A stretch of 64,000 nt of DNA, taken from assembly GCA_965372795.1 (NCBI GenBank), contig CBDVDR010000002.1, positions 96,001 through 160,000 of the forward strand, in the 5' to 3' direction. Every line of letters starts with the position of its first letter. Position 1 is the first letter of the stretch. Source of the DNA: an uncultured bacterium (GTDB taxonomy: Bacteria; Zixibacteria; MSB-5A5; GN15; FEB-12). The notes beneath the pieces are model-generated. The model saw nothing but the letters and a program-made list of their open reading frames with translations. It did no database searches and had not been told where the DNA came from. Shown here piece by piece: positions 28,278 to 37,343 of this stretch. The translations under genes were made by a program, and so were the position numbers.

Positions 28278-31200
28278 ATGCTTGGTCGTCAAAGACTCAA
28301 TCTGACAAGCTTTATAATCACATTTCTGTTGTTAGCAGCAGTGCCGGGAATGGTTTTCGCCGGACCTGGACAGGTTAAAGGTCAAGTAATTGATAAGTCG
28401 ACTAGTGAACCTGTCATTGGTGCATCGGTTTTTATAGTAGGTACAACCTTAGGTGCCCAAACAGATTTTGACGGTAACTATATTATTCGCCAAGTAGATC
28501 CTGGCAATTATGTTGTCCGCATAACTCATATCGATTATAACGCGATGGAAGTTTCTGATGTTACAGTTCAATCTGATTTATCCTTTGAAGTATCCCCGGA
28601 AATGGAACAGAAGGTTACCGATGTGGGTGTTACCATTAGGGTAACCGCCGAACGTGACATTATTGATAAATTTGTAGTTTCTAACCAGGTCTCGATGTCT
28701 AAAGAAGAGATTGCTCATCGTCCGGTAAGTACTGTAGATGAACTTCTCACTTCGGTTGCCGGGGTTGTCACGAATCAGTCGGGTGATATTTTCATTCGCG
28801 GTGGTCGTGCCGGTGAGGTTGCTTATTATGTTGATGGTGTGCCAATCGGTGATCCGCTTGGCGGACTTGGACAGGCCGGGGCAGCTTTATCTTTAGTTTC
28901 CGGTTCAATTCAGGAATTTACAATTATTAAAGATGGTTTTGATCCTGAGTATGGTGATGCGCTATCCGGTATTGTTAAGATTACTACCCGTACCGGTTCA
29001 AAAGACAACACTAATATTAACTTTCAGTACATAACAGATGATTTTGGAAATGCGTCATTGAATAAATATTCGCGTAACAGTGATTTTGTGCGTCTTTCAT
29101 TCTCCGGTCCGGATCCATTTTTGAAAAACAAAATTTTACCAGCCCTGGGATTGGGTTTTCTTGAAGATAAAGAATTTACTTATTACATTTATGCTGAAGT
29201 AGACAAAAACGACGGTACTTTCCAGTATCAGGATTATGACACTCCGATTACCCGCCGTGACAGTGATGCCTTTAATCTATTTGGCATTGACGTACCTGAT
29301 CGTTTAAATAATAAATATTACTGGATGGCTAACTTCAAATTCAGACCTCGTCCGAATCTGAAATTTATTGTATCGATAAAAGATTCTCAGACTCGTCGTA
29401 CCTTATTTAACTGGGGTCAGCGTTACAGTTCTGCTGTTGCTCCGGTACAAGAAGATAAATGGTCATCAGCATCTATTGAAATTTCACAGTCAATTTCAAA
29501 AGAGATGAACTACGAATTTTTGTTTTCATATAAGATCAATGAAACAAATCAAAAACCGGGTGATCCAAATAACCCCGGCAAAGGTTTGGATCCTGATCAG
29601 TTTTATTTAGATCGTGAATGGGAATCCTGGGATGATACAATTCAGAATGGTATCTATGATCCACCGGAACCGATTTATAACTTATTCCCTGATACGACAA
29701 CCAATTTACGCTATGGTGATTACACCGGACCGGTTTGGACCGGAAGTGAAGTACAGGCTGACTTTACCGATGCGGGATTGTATTTTGACAGCGGTTTCTT
29801 CCGATTCAACGATAATGGTGTTCTTGATATGCTTGAAGGCGAACCATTCCTTGATTTAAACGGTAATGGGGTATGGGATCGCGGTGAATATTTACATGAT
29901 CGCAATGGCAATGGTCTGTTGGATTATGATCGTCTTCCAAATATATCAAACAGTACTCCTGAACCATATACCGATGGTGACTCGATTATTGGTGAACCTT
30001 ATTCCGATGTCAATGCTAATGGTTTTTATGATCGCGGAATTGATATTTTTATTAAGTCAACCGGACCGGATAATATGGACTTTAACCATAATGGTCAGTA
30101 TGATGGTCCTAATATTAATGCTTTGGAATGGACCCCTGAAATTCCATTTGCAGATCGTAACGGTAACGGACTTTATGATCCGCCGAACGATAATTATGAC
30201 ATTGGTGAACAATTTGTAGATTTAAACGGCAATGGAAAGTATGATCGTGGTTCATCTTTTCTTGATCCAATGAACTATACTACTTCATCCACCTGGCATC
30301 ATCGTAAAACTAAAACGATGCGTGGTGAATTTAAGATATTCCGTCAAATGGGCAACCATGAAATAAAATCGGGTCTTGCCTTATTTCAAAATGATTTTGT
30401 ATATCAGGAAATCGTGAAACCATACCTGCTCTATACCGGTCGTCCTGATAGTGTTGGTGGCATTCCTGCTCCATATCCTACCCGGGGCGCTTTTAGAGAT
30501 ATGTTCCGTTATGATCCATGGGGTGGAACTTTCTATCTTCGCGATAAAGTAGAGTATGGTTCGATGATCGCGTCGCTTGGTTTCCGCTGGGATTTCTTTA
30601 TTCAGGATAAATATGATTTGGTCGAAGTTGCTAAGAACGATGATCTTGGCTCCGGCATAATTTTAGGCGATCGTCAGAAAATATCTCCTCGTCTCGGTTT
30701 CTCCTATCCAATTTCTGATAAAGCCAAAGTTCATTTTAACTATGGTCATTTCTTCCAGCTTCCATCGCTGGTCAGAATGTATTCTCGTAATACCAGTGCC
30801 ATTAACGAAAATGATGTTTTAGGAAACTACAATCTGGATTACCAGAAAACGATTCAGTACTCATTCGGTGTAAAATACGCAATGAGTGAGAACTACTCGA
30901 TTGATTTTTCAGGTTATTTTAAAGATGAATTTGACAAGATTAACTCTCACCAGATTAGAATCGGCGGTTTGACTCGTCAGCAGTATCAGAACGCAGATTA
31001 TGGTCGTGGGCGCGGTGTAGAAATTACAATGGAAAAACGCGGTGGTGGTTATGTTAACGGAATGCTTAGTTATACTTACGCTTTCTCGTTCGGTAAAGCA
31101 TCCCAGACTAATGAAGACTATTTGACTGATTTCGAATTGTCTCGTGAACCGTTAAGTGAAGCCTCACTTGATAATGATGTACGTCATTCGTTTAAATCAT

Positions 31201-31634
31201 CAATTCAGGTGTTTGTACCGGGAACCGTGAAACCTCGCTTATTTGGAGTTCCGATTCCAAATGGCTGGTCGATGTCGATTGAGACTCTGATTGAGAGTGG
31301 CCGTCCCTTTACTCCAAGTCGTGAATATCCAAACATCACTTCGGCTGTCGGTGAAGACATTCAACGAAACTCCTTACGACGCCCTACTATTATAAACTTT
31401 GATTTAAGATTTACAAAAGACTTCGAGCTGGTTGGACTTGATTATAAATTTATTCTTTGGGTTGAAAACATTTTTGATAATAGAAATGTAAATTTCGTCT
31501 ATTCCAATACCGGTCGTCCCGATACCCAGCAGAACATAAACCAGATAATTCTTGGCGGCACCGAATTCGATTTGAATCCTTACAACTGGGATTATGGTCG
31601 TCAGGTAAGAGTTGGCATAGAAATTAACTTATAA
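28278..31634 (+). CDS. TonB-dependent outer membrane receptor with N-terminal carboxypeptidase-regulatory-like domain and inserted DxNxNG repeats
   Basis: GQVID...EPVIGASV; IRGGRAGEVAYYVDG plug; SPRLGFSYP; C-terminal RQVRVGIEINL; RBS AGGAGG precedes ATG 28278. Confidence 0.9.
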   Translation: MLGRQRLNLTSFIITFLLLAAVPGMVFAGPGQVKGQVIDKSTSEPVIGASVFIVGTTLGAQTDFDGNYIIRQVDPGNYVVRITHIDYNAMEVSDVTVQSDLSFEVSPEMEQKVTDVGVTIRVTAERDIIDKFVVSNQVSMSKEEIAHRPVSTVDELLTSVAGVVTNQSGDIFIRGGRAGEVAYYVDGVPIGDPLGGLGQAGAALSLVSGSIQEFTIIKDGFDPEYGDALSGIVKITTRTGSKDNTNINFQYITDDFGNASLNKYSRNSDFVRLSFSGPDPFLKNKILPALGLGFLEDKEFTYYIYAEVDKNDGTFQYQDYDTPITRRDSDAFNLFGIDVPDRLNNKYYWMANFKFRPRPNLKFIVSIKDSQTRRTLFNWGQRYSSAVAPVQEDKWSSASIEISQSISKEMNYEFLFSYKINETNQKPGDPNNPGKGLDPDQFYLDREWESWDDTIQNGIYDPPEPIYNLFPDTTTNLRYGDYTGPVWTGSEVQADFTDAGLYFDSGFFRFNDNGVLDMLEGEPFLDLNGNGVWDRGEYLHDRNGNGLLDYDRLPNISNSTPEPYTDGDSIIGEPYSDVNANGFYDRGIDIFIKSTGPDNMDFNHNGQYDGPNINALEWTPEIPFADRNGNGLYDPPNDNYDIGEQFVDLNGNGKYDRGSSFLDPMNYTTSSTWHHRKTKTMRGEFKIFRQMGNHEIKSGLALFQNDFVYQEIVKPYLLYTGRPDSVGGIPAPYPTRGAFRDMFRYDPWGGTFYLRDKVEYGSMIASLGFRWDFFIQDKYDLVEVAKNDDLGSGIILGDRQKISPRLGFSYPISDKAKVHFNYGHFFQLPSLVRMYSRNTSAINENDVLGNYNLDYQKTIQYSFGVKYAMSENYSIDFSGYFKDEFDKINSHQIRIGGLTRQQYQNADYGRGRGVEITMEKRGGGYVNGMLSYTYAFSFGKASQTNEDYLTDFELSREPLSEASLDNDVRHSFKSSIQVFVPGTVKPRLFGVPIPNGWSMSIETLIESGRPFTPSREYPNITSAVGEDIQRNSLRRPTIINFDLRFTKDFELVGLDYKFILWVENIFDNRNVNFVYSNTGRPDTQQNINQIILGGTEFDLNPYNWDYGRQVRVGIEINL

Positions 31635-31670
31635 AAAATGATTTATAACATAGAAAAGGTTGAGGACAGC

Positions 31671-32663
31671 ATGGATTTGAAAAATAGTCAAACATATCAT
31701 ATGAATAAGAGGGCATTCAGTCGGACTGTACTGTCACTGATTCTTGTGATTGTTGTGTTTGCTTTGTTTTCTCCAACCCAGGTTTTTGCCCAGGCAAAGG
31801 TCGGAACCACGGGGGCACAGTTTCTTGAATTAGGCGTGTCAGCTCGTGCAATGGGGATGGCAGAAGCATTTACAGCGGTTACAGATGACATCTCAGCCGT
31901 GTACTACAATCCGGCGGGGTTGACTTCGCTATATGGTAAAGAAGCGATGTTTACTTATATAAAATTGCCATCTCATGTAAACTTCGCTTTCGGTGCAATC
32001 GGATTTCCGCTTGAATCGATTGGTGGAGTTTTAGGAATAGGTATGTATGCATTGACTTCGGGAAGCATGATTGAACGTACCTGGGGTTCCGGAACCTATG
32101 CGGGTACCGGAAGAACATTTGCCTGGAATGATTTTTCATTGTCTGTTAGTTATGGCCGTTATTTGACTGACCGTTTCTCGATTGGTTTTACAATGAAATA
32201 TATTGGTGAATATGTTCATGATTATACAGCCAGTGGCTGGGCCGCTGATGTTGGCACAATGTACGATACCGGTTATCGCGGTTTTAGAATCGGAATGATA
32301 ATTGCCAATTTCGGACCTGATATGACGTTTATTGATAATGGTTATCCTCTTCCTATTAACTTTAGATTTGGCGCTTCTATTAACGTGATTGAGGGATATG
32401 ATCATATCCTGACCTTCTCAGCCGAAGGCGCCCATCCTTCTGATAACCTTGAAAAATATAATAGCGGTTTGGAATATTCGTTTAAGGATATGGTTGTTCT
32501 CCGTTTTGGCGGACGATTCAATTATGATGTTGATGGATTTACTGCCGGTGCCGGACTGAGATTGCCTTTTGGTGAGGATCGGGAAATGAGCATTGATTAT
32601 GCTTTTCAGGAATTTGGAATCCTAACCGAAGTGCATCGCTTTACTTTTTCAATGGCATTTTAA
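31671..32663 (+). CDS. PorV/PorQ-family outer membrane beta-barrel protein
   Basis: AQFLELGVSARAMGMAEAFTA...YYNPAGL; C-terminal HRFTFSMAF. Confidence 0.85.
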   Translation: MDLKNSQTYHMNKRAFSRTVLSLILVIVVFALFSPTQVFAQAKVGTTGAQFLELGVSARAMGMAEAFTAVTDDISAVYYNPAGLTSLYGKEAMFTYIKLPSHVNFAFGAIGFPLESIGGVLGIGMYALTSGSMIERTWGSGTYAGTGRTFAWNDFSLSVSYGRYLTDRFSIGFTMKYIGEYVHDYTASGWAADVGTMYDTGYRGFRIGMIIANFGPDMTFIDNGYPLPINFRFGASINVIEGYDHILTFSAEGAHPSDNLEKYNSGLEYSFKDMVVLRFGGRFNYDVDGFTAGAGLRLPFGEDREMSIDYAFQEFGILTEVHRFTFSMAF

Positions 32664-32682
32664 ATAGAAAGACGGAGATGTA

Positions 32683-34854
32683 ATGAATCAAAAGATTAGA
32701 AATTTATTTGGATATTTTATCCTTACTATTGTAGCAGTTCTCTCAGTCTTTTCTGTTTTATTTCTCAGCGGGTGTGATAAAACCCTCGATGGAGATTTGA
32801 GAGCCAACAGTCTTCCGCTGGTAGAATTTGTGAATATTCCGCCGGGACCGGTTGTTGTGACTGATACTTTATATCCTGGAACCGATTCTTCGGATGTTGT
32901 GGTTGATACTACTTATACCCGATTTTCAAGAAATCCTTATATTTATTGGTATGGCACCGATGTTGACGGACAGATTGAATATTATCGTTATACGGTTGTA
33001 ACCGAAATTGAACTTGCCGGATCAACACCCGAAGAACATATGACAGTTATAGCGGCTGATTCTTCCGGTTGGATATACCTTGATGTTGTCCCGACTAAAG
33101 CAGATCCGCATACGACCGAGATTATTAAACTTCGTGCTTTGACTGAAGATCCGATTAATACATATCTGGTTCAGTATGTGTTCCTGCAGGCTTTTGATGA
33201 TAATAGTGAAGGCTCGGATATAGTTTATCGTGCATTTTCACGAAACGACAGTCCGCCGGTAACATCGATAGCCTATTTTGATCCGAATAAGAGTTTTATT
33301 AATTCAAAGACAGCAGGAATTATTACCGGTGTCTCAATGAGATGGGGAGCGGTGGATCCGGATTATCCGGGTGGTTTGAATGCTCCACCATTTGATTTTG
33401 AATGGCGTATGTACGGACCATATATTGATTATGATGCTGATAATGATGACTCGGTCTTTGTTCGCTTTTTAGAAAAATATGAAATTGATGCCTTCTTTGG
33501 CAGCAATGGAAAATTATATGTGCCGGGTGATACTTTAATAGAGTGTGATGTGAATTCGGGTTTCTGTGATACCTTTGTTATCGGTGAGGATGACATGTCT
33601 TCAGCTGATGGTAATAAAACCAGGATTCTGGATGTTGATCAGATTGAGCTTGATAACGATACTACAATGAATAAGTTAGCCTATAGTTCAAATGGCTGGA
33701 CTAATGATAGTAATATAGTTCTTTATGATGTTTATAAAAATCATCAGCCTCCAGATGGCGGCGATACCACAGTTGAGATGAACTTTGCCTTTTGGGTGAA
33801 GAGTCGTGATGATGCTCTGGTAGAAGATTTAGTGCCATCATATAGAACTTTCCGGGTAATTGACCCTCGTTTTGAACGACCGGTTATGGTTGTTGATTTT
33901 AATCAATTCTTCGGTACAGTCAACACTCCAAAGTCTGGTGCTGGAGATAGTGCTTTCTATCTGGCTCGTAATTTTTGGAAATCAGTAGTTAATCATTGGG
34001 GTGAAAAGGAATTTGCTAACTGGACCGATACAACATTCAATACTAATCTAAATGAAAAAAGGTCGATGGCACCAGATTATATGTTTGCAGCAAAGTTTAG
34101 CTCTGGTATTCCAGTCGTTGAGTTATTGAAACATAAGATTGTTATCATTTATAATGATGGTGTTAAACCCCCGGATAATAGAGAATTACAATATTCGTTT
34201 ATTTATGATGCAATTGATGCCGGAGTAAATGTCTGGTTAATTATGCGAACTCCATTAAATGGCGGTTTGGGTAGTGAGCCGATCTTTGGTGAAAGCCGCG
34301 TACAATGGATTTCAAATAATTATAAGAAGTTCTTTGCGGTCACATCATTCAACTATTCTGCCTGGCAGTTCCAATCATATTATGATAGTGTAAGGGTAGA
34401 AGATTTTGTAATGGCAAAAAGTGGCGCTGATCTTGGCGGATGGCCTAATATCCCAATTGATACAGCCTTGCTTCATGCAAATTATATTTGGAATGCTGAC
34501 TTAGGCTGCGGTTGGGATGGCTCTGTGGCAGCTTTGCCGGAAGTGAACTGGACCTCTTTCTCACAGAGATATACCAGCGACGGGGTATTGATTACCGCCG
34601 AGCCGATTTATCTTTACGGTTCAAAGTATGGCCAGGGTGGGCACCCTCTGGGTGGTCCGTTAGCTAACTATGATGGTTCACCGGTGGCTCATCTGGTAAC
34701 AGGTGAATATTTTAAGACAGCTTATTTCAGTTTCACACCGCTTGCATTGCAGCCGGATTCATTTATGATCGCTGCTGACAGAGTGTTAAACTTCCTTTAT
34801 GAACCAGATCCAGTGGAACCGGCCTCCAAGAATACATTCTCAGGAAGTCGGTGA
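32683..34854 (+). CDS. Large lipoprotein of unknown function
   Basis: Lipobox LSGC; YWYGTDVDGQI..Y Ig-like modules; C-terminal alpha/beta domain. Confidence 0.75.
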   Translation: MNQKIRNLFGYFILTIVAVLSVFSVLFLSGCDKTLDGDLRANSLPLVEFVNIPPGPVVVTDTLYPGTDSSDVVVDTTYTRFSRNPYIYWYGTDVDGQIEYYRYTVVTEIELAGSTPEEHMTVIAADSSGWIYLDVVPTKADPHTTEIIKLRALTEDPINTYLVQYVFLQAFDDNSEGSDIVYRAFSRNDSPPVTSIAYFDPNKSFINSKTAGIITGVSMRWGAVDPDYPGGLNAPPFDFEWRMYGPYIDYDADNDDSVFVRFLEKYEIDAFFGSNGKLYVPGDTLIECDVNSGFCDTFVIGEDDMSSADGNKTRILDVDQIELDNDTTMNKLAYSSNGWTNDSNIVLYDVYKNHQPPDGGDTTVEMNFAFWVKSRDDALVEDLVPSYRTFRVIDPRFERPVMVVDFNQFFGTVNTPKSGAGDSAFYLARNFWKSVVNHWGEKEFANWTDTTFNTNLNEKRSMAPDYMFAAKFSSGIPVVELLKHKIVIIYNDGVKPPDNRELQYSFIYDAIDAGVNVWLIMRTPLNGGLGSEPIFGESRVQWISNNYKKFFAVTSFNYSAWQFQSYYDSVRVEDFVMAKSGADLGGWPNIPIDTALLHANYIWNADLGCGWDGSVAALPEVNWTSFSQRYTSDGVLITAEPIYLYGSKYGQGGHPLGGPLANYDGSPVAHLVTGEYFKTAYFSFTPLALQPDSFMIAADRVLNFLYEPDPVEPASKNTFSGSR

Positions 34855-34888
34855 TTTTAGAAGTATTAAATTACTTCTTATAGAATTT

Positions 34889-34918
34889 AAAGACCGGGTA
34901 TTTGCCCGGTCTTTTTTT
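34889..34918. terminator. Bidirectional Rho-independent terminator
   Basis: AAAGACCGGG-tattt-GCCCGGTCTTT plus T-run, between convergent genes. Confidence 0.8.
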
Positions 34919-37070
34919 ATTGGAAATTTTTCAGGTATTGATTGCCGGGGAATTTTTGGTTAGCCAGTTCAAGGATGGAAGCCGCTTTATCGTTTTGTCC
35001 GGTTGAAATATAACCGCTGATCAGATTAACATAAGCCTCGACAAAAGATGAATCCAATTCGATGGCTTTGGCGGAATTATTTATTGATAGGTCGAATTTT
35101 TGTTTTATACCCTGTACAAATCCAAGCTGGTAGAAAGCTTCCGATCTTTTCTTTTGAAAATTAGCGGGACTGTTTCGGAAATATCTTTCAAAAGCTTCAC
35201 CATCGGTTTCAAAGGGCGGGGGAACAGCCATCGTGGCGCGATATAGAATTTCTTCGGAGAGTTCATATTTGGAGTTTTCAAAAAGTAATTTACCGGCATC
35301 GGTTAGAAAATATAGATCGTTGTTACTGTTTGTTATGGTGGTGTCGAGATAAGCTTGAATCAGGGAGGTATTTGATGTGTCCCGGGCTATAATTGATCGG
35401 AGCAGAAGAGTATTGGATTTAAGATCGTAAGGGTAGAGGTTTATTGATTGTTGAGCAAAGAAAATGGCAGAATCATAATTGTCATTGAGATAGCTTAAGG
35501 AAGCTAAATTTATATAGGCTTTGTGCCGTTGGGGGTTGTGTTTGATCTCTTCGTTATAATAGAAGGTGGCAGAGTCAGCCATGGCGTTGATAAAGAAACA
35601 GCTGCCGATGTTAAGATTTATTTCGGGATAAGTCGAATCATAATTTCTGGCGCGGTGGAAGTAATTTAAGGCGGTGTCATAATCGCCCAGATTAAAATAG
35701 TGCAGTCCGGTGCTCATCTCGTGGGAGGTCGGCGGTTTGGCTTCGGGCTGAACAATTGGGAAAAAAGAAAACAAGCCGGCTGTTAATCCAAGTGAAGTGA
35801 TAAATAGTTTACGTTTTGGATTATTTTTCCATGATTCCAAAAGATAGAATATTCCGGACGAGGCAAAGATTATATAAAAAGGCATGAGCGGTAATCGGAA
35901 TCGGCTGGTGAAGAAAAAGAGTGAAGTTGCCAGTAGATAGATAACGATTGATAACAGGATAATTTGAGTGTATTTGTTTTTTCTGATTGAATGGACAATA
36001 CCGATAGTTGCCAGAGCAAAGATTAAGGCAAAATTAAAGAAGTTGTATTTGAGAAGTGGGATTTTATTAACGAAGGTTGCCAGGCTGCGGTTATTTGCAA
36101 TTTCGAGGTTCGAGAAGTTATAATATAATTTTGTAAGATATAATTTAAAAAACGATCCGGGGTTTTCATAAATCCAATCAATAGCTTTGGTTGTCCAATA
36201 AGAGGAAATTTCTCCGGGGGAGAGTTTTTCGCCAAGTTCCTTTTCAGCGATTAACGAGATCTGGGAGACTCGCCAGTTGGTCCCAAGCGGTTCCTCAAGG
36301 CGGGCGCTGACACCATCGGCAAGCTCGTTGTTTCCAATATAGAGGTTGATACCTCCCTGGGATGAGACAATGACAGGGTCACCGGCAATGGTTAGGTTGC
36401 GGATAAAGATAGAGCCGACGATAATCAGAATCCCAATGAAAAAGGGAAGGATATATTTAAAGCTTTTATTGAAAATTTTATTGCGGTAAAAATAAATCAG
36501 TACAATCGGGATAAATATTAATGCGGTCGGTCGGGTAATTATTGCCAGTCCCAGAAAAATGCCGCATGAAAAACCATGCGATGGATTCTTTTGTTCATTC
36601 CATAGAATAAAACAATAACAGGTGATTTGCAGGAGAAGCATGAAAAGAGGGTCCAGTAAAAGCTCACCTTCAAAATAAAGAACCATCGGAAGAATCATCT
36701 GGAGGGCAGCGGCTAAAATTGCGGTCTTATTGGAAAACATTTTATTGGCAATTAAATAAGTATAGACAATCGAAAGAGCGCCAATGGTGATTCCAAAAAT
36801 TCGTGCGGTCCAAAGCGAGACTGAGAATAGTTTATACATTAATGCCAGGCAATAGATATAAAACGGAGCGCGGAAATAAGTTGTGTCTCCAAAGATATTT
36901 CCCGACATGATCGAAACCGCCCAGTTGTGGTGATAGAAGTTATCTACGGTTAATTGCTCCCAGTCGGGCAGTTGACTATAAAGATAGAGGTATAAGGCTC
37001 TTATTAATATTGCAATTAAGAAGATTATAATTAAAACATAACGCTGTTTAATATTTTGTAATATGGCCAT
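34917..37070 (-). CDS. GT-C (PMT/GT39-like) membrane glycosyltransferase with C-terminal TPRs
   Basis: Multi-TM; DNFYHH..A, P.Y.Y.LA, RP, GINLYIGNN, RFRLP; C-terminal TPR repeats. Confidence 0.82.
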   Translation of the reverse strand: MAILQNIKQRYVLIIIFLIAILIRALYLYLYSQLPDWEQLTVDNFYHHNWAVSIMSGNIFGDTTYFRAPFYIYCLALMYKLFSVSLWTARIFGITIGALSIVYTYLIANKMFSNKTAILAAALQMILPMVLYFEGELLLDPLFMLLLQITCYCFILWNEQKNPSHGFSCGIFLGLAIITRPTALIFIPIVLIYFYRNKIFNKSFKYILPFFIGILIIVGSIFIRNLTIAGDPVIVSSQGGINLYIGNNELADGVSARLEEPLGTNWRVSQISLIAEKELGEKLSPGEISSYWTTKAIDWIYENPGSFFKLYLTKLYYNFSNLEIANNRSLATFVNKIPLLKYNFFNFALIFALATIGIVHSIRKNKYTQIILLSIVIYLLATSLFFFTSRFRLPLMPFYIIFASSGIFYLLESWKNNPKRKLFITSLGLTAGLFSFFPIVQPEAKPPTSHEMSTGLHYFNLGDYDTALNYFHRARNYDSTYPEINLNIGSCFFINAMADSATFYYNEEIKHNPQRHKAYINLASLSYLNDNYDSAIFFAQQSINLYPYDLKSNTLLLRSIIARDTSNTSLIQAYLDTTITNSNNDLYFLTDAGKLLFENSKYELSEEILYRATMAVPPPFETDGEAFERYFRNSPANFQKKRSEAFYQLGFVQGIKQKFDLSINNSAKAIELDSSFVEAYVNLISGYISTGQNDKAASILELANQKFPGNQYLKNFQ

Positions 37071-37294
37071 GGTTATATATCTGTAAATTAAATTCTGCTG
37101 TTAATAATGCAAATCAAATCATCTAAATCAAATAAAGAATTACTGAAAATTGCATATTAATGCTGCATCCGGTTGCAATAAGTCCAAATTATCACGGTTG
37201 GAGTTATTTTCTAAGTTGTGCCGGGACAGCAGGATACCGATTGACGGTCAGGTTTAGTGCAATCTGTTTCATTTTGAAATAAGAAATCCGGAGC

Positions 37295-37310
37295 CGGCAT
37301 AGCCTTTGCT
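37295..37310 (+). promoter_or_regulatory. Sigma54 (-24/-12) promoter
   Basis: cGGCAtagcctTTGCt (GG-N10-GC) 33 nt upstream of the S8 gene; TGCA-N9-TGCA at 37151-37167 as candidate enhancer. Confidence 0.65.
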
Positions 37311-37343
37311 CAAATAGGATTGCGGACAATTTCAAAAGGATAA

